A stretch of DNA of 63,398 nucleotides, counting the filler, from Octopus bimaculoides (lineage: Eukaryota), in the NCBI RefSeq assembly GCF_001194135.2. It is 8 parts of 8 records of this genome, joined end to end, with 100 filler letters (N's around TTAATTAATTAA, not from the genome) between each part and the next. Parts side by side here need not be neighbours in the genome. Positions count along the whole stretch, not along the records: positions 34,487 to 44,754 come from NC_068985.1; positions 44,855 to 49,673 come from NC_068982.1; positions 49,774 to 60,817 come from NC_069009.1; 5 more parts are not named here. One strand, written 5' to 3'. Numbering within the stretch: the first letter of the stretch is position 1; each line of letters starts with the position of its first letter. The position numbers were made by a program, and so were the translations under genes. Shown in pieces: positions 39,821 to 51,905 of this stretch. The notes under the pieces are model-generated. The model did not search any database. It had not been told where the DNA came from and saw nothing but the letters and a program-made list of their open reading frames with translations.

Positions 39821-40121
39821 ATGAGACAAGTTAAAATAATGGTCATTACATATAATTCCTTTATTATACCAAAGTTGGCTTACAGCTGTTTCCAGTAGTC
39901 ATTATAGAAAGGTTTACTCAATTGGTCTATTGAGGTAAATTGAAAGACCTAAGAAAATTAATGATACCTTTTTTAGAGTCATTGCTGGAATTAAATTGAT
40001 TGAAACAATAGCCATTCTTTAAGTGCTTTGTTTGTTATTTCCAGCAATGGCTCTGACGAAGGTATCATTAATTTTCTTAGGTGTTTCAATTTGTAATGAC
40101 CATTATTTCAATTTGTCTCAT
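39821..40121. mobile_element. 300-bp foldback element, probably a Penelope inverted terminal-repeat derivative
   Basis: Left arm (39821-39850 plus 39938-39990) pairs with right arm (40038-40121). TA flanks. Contains hammerhead motif parts. Confidence 0.7.
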
Positions 40122-40244
40122 ATATCACTCTGTAATATCTGAAGCCCATCCATGGATTTACAATATAGAATTGTGACAAACCATAACTTTGGACCCTACC
40201 AAAAGATTACTCACTAATCTAAGTAATATTGTTAGCCTGGTGTG

Positions 40245-41170
40245 CCAACAGAGAGCTTATGAAGTATTTTGCCTGGATGGAAACAAGGTCTAGAATAAAG
40301 GGCCTTAGAGTTAACCTAGCAAAAACCAAAGTCATAGTAAGTAGGAAGGCAGACAAATCACAAATCCCCTCAGGTAGATGACCCTGCTCAATCTGTAAAA
40401 AAAGTGTAGGTAGAAACTCTATAAGATGCACCCATTGTAAGCTTTGGACACACAAAAGGTGCAGCAACATCAAAGGAAAGTTAACAGAGAAACTAACTTT
40501 TGTATGTGGAAGGTGCACAAGCATAATAAATGCTGAACATGTGTGGAAAATAGATTCCATCAACTGCCAGTGGGGCAAGCTAGAGGTAGTAGATAGCTTC
40601 CAGTATCTAGGCGACCAGGTTAGTTGTGGAGGAGGTTGTTTCGAGAGCATAACTGTGAGAATAAGATTAGGCTGGGCAAAGTTGAGAGAGCTCCTGCCCC
40701 TGCTGGCAACAAAGGGCCTCTCTCTCAGAGTGAAAGGCAAATTGTTTGATGCCTGTGTGTGAACAGCTATGCTGCATGGCAGTGAAGCATGGGCTATAAG
40801 AGCTGAGGACATGCGTAGGCTTGAGAAAAATGAAGCTGGTATGTTTCCCTGGATGTACAATGTCAGTGTGCATGTTTGACAGAGTGTAAGCATCTTGAAA
40901 GAAAAATTAGGTATAAGAGGAATCAGATATGGTGTGCAAGAGAGATGACTGTGCTGGCATGATCATATGATGCATATAGACAAGGACAGCTGTGTAAAGA
41001 AGTGCTGATCTCTACCTGAGGACTGAACCTGTGACAGAGGTAGACTCAGAAAGACATGGGACGAAGTGGTGAAGCATGATCTTTGAACTTTGAACCTCAT
41101 AGAGACAATGACTAATGACTGAAACATTTAGCAATGTGCTCTGCTTAAGAGTACCCATAAAACCAAGTGC
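40245..41170 (+). mobile_element. RTE-clade LINE 3' fragment (RT C-terminus and thumb), pseudogenised
   Basis: KGLRVNLAKTKVIV...LEVVDSFQYLGDQVSCGGG...RIRLGWAKLRELLPLL...KGKLFDACV*TAMLHGSEAW...RGRLRKTWDEVVKHDL. Confidence 0.9.
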
Positions 41171-41208
41171 ACCCATGGTGGTGGCACGTAAAAAATCAAC
41201 CACTGAAC

Positions 41209-41357
41209 ATGGGCCCTCACGGAGGCAAAGTGGCTGAGTTTCTTTCGAGCGTTGGGCCTCATGGAGGCAAAGTGGCTGAGTTCCTTTCGAGTGCTGGGCC
41301 TCACAGAGGCAAGGTGGCTGAGTTCCTTTTGAGTGTTGGGTCTCATGGAGGCAAAGG
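41209..41357 (+). repeat. 42-bp minisatellite, about 3.5 copies
   Basis: Unit GGGCCTCAYGGAGGCAAAGTGGCTGAGTTYCTTTCGAGYGYT between the RTE end and a family C tail. Confidence 0.85.
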
Positions 41358-43513
41358 CCAAGATCTTTGGCATTATGTCGTGTTTGAGAAGAAGACCCAT
41401 CAAGCTGAGCAAAATCGCAATTGTGGCAGAGACCAGTGTCATGCAAATGGCACCCGTGCTGGTGGCATGTAAAAGCATCCATTACACTTTCAGAGTGGTT
41501 GGCATTGGGAAGGACATCCAACCATAGAAAACCATGCCAAATCAGCCCAGTCAAACCGTTCAACCCCTGCCAGCATGGACAATGGACGTTAAATGATGAT
41601 GATGATAATCCTTCACTATTTGTTCTCTCTCTCTCTAATATATATATATATATAAATATAAATACACACACACACACATATTTAATGTTGTCAGTTAATG
41701 GCCATCTTTCACGCTGGCATGTATTGGATAGTTTGACTGGATCCAAATGCTTGAGGACTACATAATGCTTTAATGTCTGCATTAGCGTGTTTCTCCAATA
41801 GGATGCTCTTCCAAACAACTTTGCAGAGAGTACTGGATGTTTTTACATGGCACCAGCACTAAGATCCCCTTCAACTGAGTAGGACTACAGGAAAGGAAGA
41901 TGGCTCTGTGCTAGGAAATGAGAAGTTAAAATAACAAAAAAGGTTTCATGCTGTAGAGGAATTAAATGGTTACTCATATTATAGAAGAGTGAGTTATGAC
42001 AAGGGTTCTAGTTGGTCCGATCAATGGACCAACCAACTTGTGAAATTAATATTGCAAGTGGCTGAGCACTCCACAGACTTAACATAGTTCTCAAGGAGAT
42101 CTAGCGTGCCACAGAGTGTGACAAGGCTGGCCCATCTGAATTACATGTACAACCCATTTTTGCCAGTTGAGTGAACTGGAGCAATGTTAAATTAATTGTC
42201 TTGCTCAAGGACACAACATGCTGCCAGCAATTGAACTCATGACCTTATAATCATGAGCTGAATACCCTAACCACTAAGCCATGTGCTTGGAAAGAGATAA
42301 AATAGTGGTGAAGTACCAGGATGAACCCTGAATGTACAAGAAGGTGAACAGAAGTGTGAGTGGGGACAGAGTAACATGGAGTGAGAGTAGGGAGAGGTTG
42401 TAAGAGTGTATGGGGAGAAAGAGGGATGGTTAGAGATGGGGAGGTGAATGTACTGAAGAACAAGGGTTGAGAAGTGGTTGATGATGAATAGATAGCGGGT
42501 AGTTGGGGAAGAGTAGATGATGACTGTAGAGATTGGGTGGAAGGGTTGAGGTGTGGATCCAATGAATCATGGACAAGCGATTGGATGATACATGAGATGG
42601 GAGAGGGGGTGATGACTGATAGTACAGATGGGGATAAGAGCATCATCATCATTTAACTTATGTTTTCCATGCTGGCATGGGTTAGTAGACAGGGGAAAGG
42701 CAAAGCAGAGGTAGATTATGTGTAGGTAAGCTGTAAAATACTGCCTCAGTAAGTCTTCAACTGACCCAAGCCTGCATGGAAAAGCAGATGCAAAAATAAA
42801 TAAATGGAATGTAATACAATTATTCTTTAAATAAAGTTTAATGACATATCTACTCTATGGTAATAAAATTTACTGACAGTATATTTAGCATGGTGATGAA
42901 TTGCTAATGTAATTAACTTGTGATATAATTACAGGCAACAGATTTATTGTGATGTAATTACCAGTAATTAATTTACTGGACACTGGGTCAGAGCTTAAAG
43001 GATAATTAGTTTTGTTGATATCGCAGAGATACATATTAACAGTTGATCAGCCCCTATCAGTGCTCTCCAAGCTGATCTGGTATTTATTTCTGACAGACCA
43101 ACTACTGAAGTAGTGTAAAATGAAATGTTTAGCCCCAGAAACACAGTAAAACACCAGCACCAGATTTGACTTGGTCTTTTACTTCAAAATGGGGAGGCAC
43201 AGTTCAACACTTGTATCATTCATTGCATGGCTTTCTAATTTAAAAAGTTTGTTTTTCAACTGCATGATTTTGGGTTTGATCTCTTTGCCCAGCACCTTGG
43301 GCAAGAGTCTTTTACCAACAGTCTTGGATTGACCAAAGCCTTTGGAGGTAATTTATTGCTATGACAAAATAAAAGTTTAGACATGATTTTCAAGCATTTT
43401 CTCATTTGTTCCTTTTCTTTTATACAGAAATTCCATTCAATAATTTTGATTAATACCAAATTTTTTGTTTCAAGGAAGCAACTTTATTGAAATATCTAAA
43501 TTTGTAGTGAAGG

Positions 43514-43597
43514 TCATCTGAATATCTTTTTGCTGAGATACCCAACTTTTTCTGGCCAGTCTGACAATGCCATTGAGTTCCAATCAAAAAAGGGAAT
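43514..43597 (-). CDS. FASTKD1: Last coding exon of a FAST kinase domain-containing (RAP domain) protein, FASTKD1-like
   Basis: Acceptor TTCTCTTTATATCTATCTTCACAG, then phase-0 IPFFDWNSMALSDWPEKVGYLSKKIFR*. This fits the RAP C-terminal pattern IP(F/Y)xEW...YL..(K/C)IF and, as recalled, the WNSMALS stretch of vertebrate FASTKD1. AATAAA 25 nt after the stop (43483-43488). Paralogue assignment is tentative. Confidence 0.78.
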   Translation of the reverse strand: MPFFDWNSMALSDWPEKVGYLSKKIFR

Positions 43598-44389
43598 CTG
43601 TGAAGATAGATATAAAGAGAATTAGCAAGAAAATGTAACATTTAGCATTCTGTATTTAGTACAAATTGTAGAGGAGGAGCACAGCATATCACTAGTATTT
43701 CATGTAACTGACTATAAATGACTGAAAAACAAGGGTAACTTTTGTAGTATTTGACTCAGAATGTAAAAGGAATGTAATCAAATATTGCAAATAGTTCTCC
43801 ATTTACAGCATGGAATAATCCAGAAATTATAATATATGGTTATATATTTAGAAAAGAGAGGCTCAACCATAAACTCCATCCACTAGGAATATCAGCCATA
43901 AAGATACCTACATTTTTTTAATTACTTACCCAAATGTGGAATGAGTGTCTGGGCCTCTAAAACTAGCAGGAAGAAGTTATTATTAGACAGAAGATCTGAC
44001 TGGAATACTTGCAACAGAGTGGATGACTGTTGAAAGACCAAGTGGTGGTGTTAAACCACTGGGCAGATTAATATTACCACCCAAATATATAAATGATATC
44101 TTAGACATGAAATTTCACTTATAAGGTTTTATTTGACCCAAGGCTATGATACTTGCTCAAGATCCCATATGATGCTCTTAGTTTCTTAATTGAAACTTCA
44201 TGCCAGTCAAAAACCACATAGTTGTGAAGCAAACTTGTCAACCATACAGTCATACCTGCACCATATTGTGTGTGCGTGTGTGTTAATATTTATACAATAC
44301 AGAATTATAGATCCATTTCAGCTGATTTTACTACCAGTTGGTTCCACACACAAGAGTTTTGGGGAAAAACCCAACCCTGAAAGTCATCA

Positions 44390-44448
44390 AATGGGCTGGT
44401 AGGAAGAGTATGGTAAGATCCATTGCTATACACTTCCTACCAGCCATT
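44390..44448 (+). ncRNA. Candidate pre-miRNA-like hairpin
   Basis: GGCTGGTAGGAAGAGTATGGTAA-GATCCA-TTGCTATACACTTCCTACCAGCC: about 23-bp stem with 1 mismatch and 2 G:U pairs, 6-nt loop, in non-repeat DNA. Structure only. Confidence 0.3.
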
Positions 44449-44602
44449 CTATCAAGTGAAAGGATTGATTTTTTTCCCCAAACTGTGCAAGACTGATTGG
44501 TAAAATTGGATGAAATGGATTGTATTGTATAAATATTAATATACTCACTATCGACAAATATATGAGTGCCTGTTTTTTCTAACTTATAGATTGTTAGACA
44601 GC

Positions 44603-44644
<42 letters not shown>

Positions 44645-44854
44645 TTGCAAGATTTTTTATGTGAAATCGTGTGTTGAAACAGATGTTGTTGTATTTGGGG
44701 ATGGTCATATTGCCAGTTTAGCCAATAAAAACACACGCACTGTATATTTGGTGTNNNNNNNNNNNNNNNNNNNNNNNNNNNNNNNNNNNNNNNNNNNNTT
44801 AATTAATTAANNNNNNNNNNNNNNNNNNNNNNNNNNNNNNNNNNNNNNNNNNNN

Positions 44855-44892
<38 letters not shown>

Positions 44893-45129
44893 ATCTATTT
44901 ACCTCACACCCTGCCTTTCTTTCAATTCACTTTTACCATTTCTTTCTCTCCCATCCCACAATGCACCTCAATGTCTTCTTCCTGTTTCTCTTACAACTCA
45001 TTCTTATTTGACCATTCTATTGGTCAATCGCTGCTCTTCTAGCTTTTGATTTGTCTCAGACTTTTCATTTAGTCGCAGCTCCTGATTTGTTTAATTTTTT
45101 AACATTTTTATTGTACTTTTCTCAAGTCC

Positions 45130-46440
45130 GAAAGAACCACCAACTTTTCTATTAGAGTTAGAACAATTCCGCTTTCTTTTGTCGAAAGACAGTCTATGTA
45201 TACGGATATCACTCTGCATCGTTCTGTTTCTGTTACTTCGTCTTTGTCTATTCGTGTCCGTTATATGTATTTTTTCTTATTCTTATAATTCGTCTTTATT
45301 TACCGTCCAGTCTAGAGACCAGAGTTTCCTTGTTGTTGTGCATGTCTCATTTTCTTCTTTGTCCGTAGTTCGTGTGTACTCATTTATAACCCCCATTTTA
45401 ACTCTAACCAGCCAAGATTCGGTCAGAAAATGAATAACTATGATAGCATGTAGTTTATAAAGAGGAAACTGTTAGGTGCCTGGATCAAAGAGAGAAGCGG
45501 ATGGGGAATACAGGGGAGGGGAAAATACTGAAGAAAGGAGAGATGAGGGAAAGTGTACGGTCGGGTTTTACCGCGCAAAGATTTAGAAATAAGAGAAGGT
45601 TATTCTTATTTTTACTTAAACAACAAAGTCTTTGACCGAAACTCAAAGACAGGAAACGGAAACGGAAACGGAAACGGAAACGGAGAGGCTGGGGAAGAGA
45701 TCTTTGCACACATGCATATCGCCATGATTGATCGCTAACCACTAAACCTTTGTTTGTCCCCCCAACATCGCTTGACAACCGATGCTGGTGTATTTACGTC
45801 TCCGTATCTTAGCGGTTCGGCAAAACAGACCGATAGAATAAGTACTAGGCTTACAAAGAATAAGTCCTGGGGTCGATTTCTTCGACTAAAGGCGGTGCTC
45901 CAGCATGGCCACAGTCAAATGACTGAAACAAGTAAAAGAGTAAAAGAATATATATACAAGTACGAGAGGTGCTGAAAAGGCTCGGAGAATGGTGCGTTGG
46001 AAAGGTAGGGTGGTGGGGTGGTAGGTGAGGGGAAACGGGAGACGGTGGGGCGGGTGCGGGGACAGAGAGCAAATGCACGGTCCACGGAACGTGCTCTGGC
46101 AAGGGCGGTGTGGATAGTGGTGAGGGGATGTCCACAAAGGATGAAGTGGTGAGCCATGAGTTAAGACTGAGTCTCAAAGACATGGTTGTCACTACAGACC
46201 CTGCGAAGACGGAGGAATTGGGAATAAGGGACGGAAAGCTTGGTGTGTTTAGGGTGGGAGGAGGAGAAGTTGAGCTATGAGTGTGAGTGTGTGTGTTTGT
46301 AGTGGATGGAGGTGCTAATAGTGGAGTGATGGATGCTGACCGAAAAATCAAGAAAGGAGACAGAGGTGTCAGAGATAGTGCAGGAGAAGTGGAGGACAGG
46401 ATGGAAAGATTTGACAAAAGAGAGGAAGGAGTCTAGATGT
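45130..46440 (-). mobile_element. Penelope-like (Neptune-type) RT fragment and terminal sequence, interrupted by a family A SINE (45745-45950)
   Basis: HLDSFLSFVKSFHPVLHFSCTISDTSVSFLDFSVSI...TSIHYKHTHSHS*LNFSSSHPKHTKLSVPYSQFLRLRRVCSD, the FLD / KPT-SH / IPYSQFLRLRRICS signature of Penelope RTs. Confidence 0.8.
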
Positions 46441-46441
46441 T

Positions 46442-46498
<57 letters not shown>

Positions 46499-47211
46499 NN
46501 NNNNNNNNNNNNNNNNNNNNNNNNNNNNNNNNNNNNNNNNNNNNNNNNNNNNNNNNNNNNNNNNNNNNNNNNNNNNNNNNNNNNNNNNNNNNNNNNNNNN
46601 NNNNNNNNNNNNNNNNNNNNNNNNNNNNNNNNNNNNNNNNNNNNNNNNNNNNNNNNNNNNNNNNNNNNNNNNNNNNNNNNNNNNNNNNNNNNNNNNNNNN
46701 NNNNNNNNATATATATATATATATATATATATACTCTTTTACTCTTTTACTGGCTTCAGTAATTTGACTGCGGCCATGCTGGAGCACCGCCTTAAGTCGA
46801 GCAAATCAACCCCCGGACTTATTCTTTGTAAGCCTAGTACTTATTCTATCGTTCTCTTTTACCGAACCGCTAAGTTACGGGGACATAAACACAACAGCAT
46901 CGGTTGTCAAGCAATGTTGGCAGGGGACAAACACAGACACACAAACATACACACACATTCATATATATACATATATACGATGGGCTTCTTTCAGTTTTCG
47001 TCTACCACATCCACTCACAAGGCTTTGGTCGGCCCGAGCCTATAGTAGAAGACACTTGCCCAAGATTCCACGCAGTAGAACTGAACCCATAACCATGTCG
47101 TTGGTAAGCAAGCTACTTACCACACAGCCACTGCTGCACCTATATATATATATATATATAAACGCAAACAGACAGGCAGACTGACTAACTGACTGAAAGA
47201 CAGATAGACAC

Positions 47212-47213
<2 letters not shown>

Positions 47214-47280
<67 letters not shown>

Positions 47281-47281
47281 C
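47214..47281. repeat. (GATA)n microsatellite
   Basis: Directly visible. Confidence 0.95.
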
Positions 47282-48089
47282 AGACTCTTGAATGAATAAA
47301 GCGGCAATATGCGTAAACGAAGCAATGAATGTTCAAGATTTATAACAAATAAATTGGAAGGTAATTTCAAATTTAATACATTTAAGAAAAAGGAAAAGAA
47401 AACAAGGCAAATTCATTTGGAATTTCTCATGAATTATTAACAAACGCGTGACTGCATCTACATACGCATCGTTATGTGAAAGCAAGCTTGATGTTAGATG
47501 TATGAACGTAGAAACTACACGCTGTTTATTATGTGGTGACGTAGCTTCTGTATATGTCCGCCATTCCTTTGTGCATATATCTGTGCGTTGTGTTGTGCGC
47601 ATTTGCGTTGTGTATAAGTATATATTTGTGCCTATTAGTGGTGTCTGTATTGTTTGTGCAGATTTAATGCTTCAGTATTTATCATGTATATGCATGTGTT
47701 GTGGGTCTATCAGTTTGAAAATCTGCATTTCAACACGTTGGTGTTTGTGCGTGTGCTCAGGCGCAGAAGCATGCAAGCACGTAAATTTGGTAGTATGCAT
47801 ATATGCGTGCGTGCATACATGTAATATAGATATACGCATACAGACAATACATACACACATATAAATACATAATATATACGTGCATGTATATAAATATGTA
47901 TATGTATATATGTGAATGTATATATGTGAATGTATATATGTGTGTGAGCGCATATATGTATATATGTATGTATGTATATCTGTGTGCATGTATGCATGTG
48001 TGTGTGCATATATATAAATATATATATGAATACGGAATATTCCAATCACGGAAGTATATATATCTATATGTGTGTGCGTGTGTGTGTGC

Positions 48090-48140
<51 letters not shown>

Positions 48141-49147
48141 CATATACATACACATATACACATATACATACACGTCTACATATATATATATACATATATA
48201 TACACACACACATGAATATAAATATTTTTGTTTATATATCATTTTAATAACTGTTTCTGTCCGGAAGGATATGTATACATGACTCTGTTTNNNNNNNNNN
48301 NNNNNNNNNNNNNNNNNNNNNNNNNNNNNNNNNNNNNNNNNNNNNNNNNNNNNNNNNNNNNNNNNNNNNNNNNNNNNNNNNNNNNNNNNNNNNNNNNNNN
48401 NNNNNNNNNNNNNNNNNNNNNNNNNNNNNNNNNNNNNNNNNNNNNNNNNNNNNNNNNNNNNNNNNNNNNNNNNNNNNNNNNNNNNNNNNNNNNNNNNNNN
48501 NNNNNNNNNNNNNNNNNNNNNNNNNNNNNNNNNNNNNNNNNNNNNNNNNNNNNNNNNNNNNNNNNNNNNNNNNNNNNNNNNNNNNNNNNNNNNNNNNNNN
48601 NNNNNNNNNNNNNNNNNNNNNNNNNNNNNNNNNNNNNNNNNNNNNNNNNNNNNNNNNNNNNNNNNNNNNNNNNNNNNNNNNNNNNNNNNNNNNNNNNNNN
48701 NNNNNNNNNNNNNNNNNNNNNNNNNNNNNNNNNNNNNNNNNNNNNNNNNNNNNNNNNNNNNNNNNNNNNNNNNNNNNNNNNNNNNNNNNNNNNNNNNNNN
48801 NNNNNNNNNNNNNNNNNNNNNNNNNNNNNNNNNNNNNNNNNNNNNNNNNNNNNNNNNNNNNNNNNNNNNNNNNNNNNNNNNNNNNNNNNNNNNNNNNNNN
48901 NNNNNNNNNNNNNNNNNNNNNNNNNNNNNNNNNNNNNNNNNNNNNNNNNNNNNNNNNNNNNNNNNNNNNNNNNNNNNNNNNNNNNNNNNNNNNNNNNNNN
49001 NNNNNNNNNNNNNNNNNGAGGGAGGGAGGCAAGTTAATACATATGTATGTATGTATGTATGTAAATCCGTTTGCATTTGTAATAACATCTTTGAATATGC
49101 TACTGCTTATCTTTCTTATAGATTATTGTAACATGCAATCCATCACT

Positions 49148-49207
<60 letters not shown>

Positions 49208-50148
49208 TTCCCCACCACCAACGATAACAAAACCATAAACATGGTCACCATCGCCACTAACACCAACACAACCGCAAGTGACCCTCAAAATACTACAACG
49301 TCCGCAACCAATACTACAACTACCACAGTTACCATAATGATAAAACTTGTCTCTTCTGCTACCAATACCACAACCCCTCTCCACTACTACCCCCGCCAGC
49401 ATCACTATCAGCGTTACTTCTCTTATCCGAAGCCAATTACCCGCTCGACAGATTCTGCCGCCTGAAATGCACACAAACGTCACATAGAGTTTCATACAGT
49501 ACCATGTAAGACGCTACCAACACAATCAACACCATCTCTACCACGACCACCACCTCCACCATCACAGCCACCACCACCACCACTAACACCACTGTTACCA
49601 TCACTACCATCACCACCATTACAATGAATCAACATCACCACTGACACCATCATTACCACCATCATCACCGCTTNNNNNNNNNNNNNNNNNNNNNNNNNNN
49701 NNNNNNNNNNNNNNNNNTTAATTAATTAANNNNNNNNNNNNNNNNNNNNNNNNNNNNNNNNNNNNNNNNNNNNATATATATATGTCTGATTGGCTCTCAT
49801 GCCAGTAGCACATAAAAAGCACCATTTGAACATGGTCGATGTCGGGGCTGCCTGACTGGCTCCTGCACTGGTGGCATGTAAAAAGCATCCTCTACACTTT
49901 TAGAGTGGTTGGCATTAGGAAAGGCACCCAGCTGTGGAAACATTGCCAGATCAGATTGGAACCTGGTGCAACTGCTGGCTTTCCAGACCTCATTCAAACC
50001 GTCCAACCCATGCCAGCATGGAAAATGGACGTTAAACGATGATGATAATGATAGTTCATATATCCAAAAACGAAGCACACTCTGAAACATTAATAATATT
50101 TAAAATATTGCTTGCTGTGTATATAAGTACGTACATACATACATACAT

Positions 50149-50830
50149 ATGAAGGCTATGTATTTGGAGACTGCCACAAAGTACCTGATGAACAAGAGAG
50201 ACAGTGACACCCTTGTAATCCCAAGATGCAACCACATGTGTAGGCTATGTCATGTGCCTGTGGAAGACATCACACATGTGGTTAGCTGCTGTCCTAAAAT
50301 GTTGTCGCTGTACTACCTCCCTATGCGGCATAATATTGTCGCTAAAATAATTTACAATGCCATCAGCAAAAAAGACTGTCCTGAAATAAACTTATAAAAT
50401 CCCTCTGTTATGGAATACATTCATAAACACCAACTTAAAGAATACTGGTGGAATATTCCCATCAAAACTCCTGTCAAAGGTAAACATAACAGGCTGGATA
50501 TTGTCATTTGGGACAGAGGGGCAAAGGTATGTACCATCATAGAGGTTAGCTGCCCTGCAGATATAAATATCTCTTTGAAAATCAAAGAAAAGGAGGATAT
50601 CTATGGACAGCTGCTTCGAAACCTCCAGCTTCTATGTCCAGGTTATGAATTCATATTCATGCCAGTAATAATTGGAGCACTAGGTTTTGTGAGTAAATGC
50701 TTAAAGGAGAATCTGGATAAACTGGGATTTTCAGAAAGAGAAATCGACTGGCTGATTCATACAAATGCAATCTGTGAGTGGAATGGTAAAAATATGCAAG
50801 ACTGTTCTCGAGTTCCAAATGTGAATTTGT
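50149..50830 (+). mobile_element. R4/Dong-like LINE 3' fragment (CCHC knuckle plus restriction-like endonuclease)
   Basis: CRLCHVPVEDITHVVSCC...RHNIVAKIIY, then YWWNIPI...HNRLDIVIWD...IIEVSCPAD...KEKEDIYGQL...PVIIGALG. One in-frame stop between the two ORF pieces and a frameshift near the 3' end. Confidence 0.88.
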
Positions 50831-51905
50831 CTGTGTTAATTACATTCCAAAGATGGAACCTTGTCTCTTTGTTTGAAACCGGCACCCTCCTCAATGGAAG
50901 ATTTATAATAATTAAAAAACAGAAGAGACATACAGATATGACAAACTTCCACTTAGTTTCCACCAAATTCACTCACAAAGCTTTACTTGGCCTCAGACTA
51001 TAGTAGAAGACACTCCCCAAGGTTCCACACAGAGGGACTGAACCCAGGACTATGTGGTTGGGAAGCAAACCTCTTAACCACACAGCCACACATGTGCCAA
51101 TAAAATATATGAAACGCATGAATTTGCATAATCATGAATTATCTCATTGTTTCGAGATTTCAATGATGTGATTGTTTATTTTAAAAATGACATTGTAGGG
51201 AAAGTGTGAGAAGCTGGACCTTGCTGGTTTCAACATCAAAGAAGTAGAATATTTGGGCTGAATATGACTTGTGTAATCCTTTAGCCCTTCAGATTACTCT
51301 ATCAAATGAGATGCTTATTTAGGTTTGGGGCTTTGATTATGTGATTTATTCTTTTCTTTTATTTTTTTCAGTTATTTGACTACGGCNNNNNNNNNNNNNN
51401 NNNNNNNNNNNNNNNNNNNNNNNNNNNNNNNNNNNNNNNNNNNNNNNNNNNNNNNNNNNNNNNNNNNNNNNNNNNNNNNNNNNNNNNNNNNNNNNNNNNN
51501 NNNNNNNNNNNNNNNNNNNNNNNNNNNNNNNNNNNNNNNNNNNNNNNNNNNNNNNNNNNNNNNNNNNNNNNNNNNNNNNNNNNNNNNNNNNNNNNNNNNN
51601 NNNNNNNNNNNNNNNNNNNNNNNNNNNNNNNNNNNNNNNNNNNNNNNNNNNNNNNNNNNNNNNNNNNNNNNNNNNNNNNNNNNNNNNNNNNNNNNNNNNN
51701 NNNNNNNNNNNNNNNNNNNNNNNNNNNNNNNNNNNNNNNNNNNNNNNNNNNNNNNNNNNNNNNNNNNNNNNNNNNNNNNNNNNNNNNNNNNNNNNNNNNN
51801 NNNNNNNNNNNNNNNNNNNNNNNNNNNNNNNNNNNNNNNNNNNNNNNNNNNNNNNNNNNNNNNNNNNNNNNNNNNNNNNNNNNNNNNNNNNNNNNNNNNN
51901 NNNNN

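Noticed and set aside
43926-43958. Strong minus-strand donor (TGG|GTAAGT) as a possible penultimate FASTKD exon
   Set aside because: The only phase-0 reading (RPRHSFHIW) does not resemble the expected KxRHLxxLGYxVxQ, and a stop lies just upstream.
46008-46062. G-quadruplex-prone tract
   Set aside because: It lies within the C-rich coding strand of the Penelope relic and is explained by that composition.
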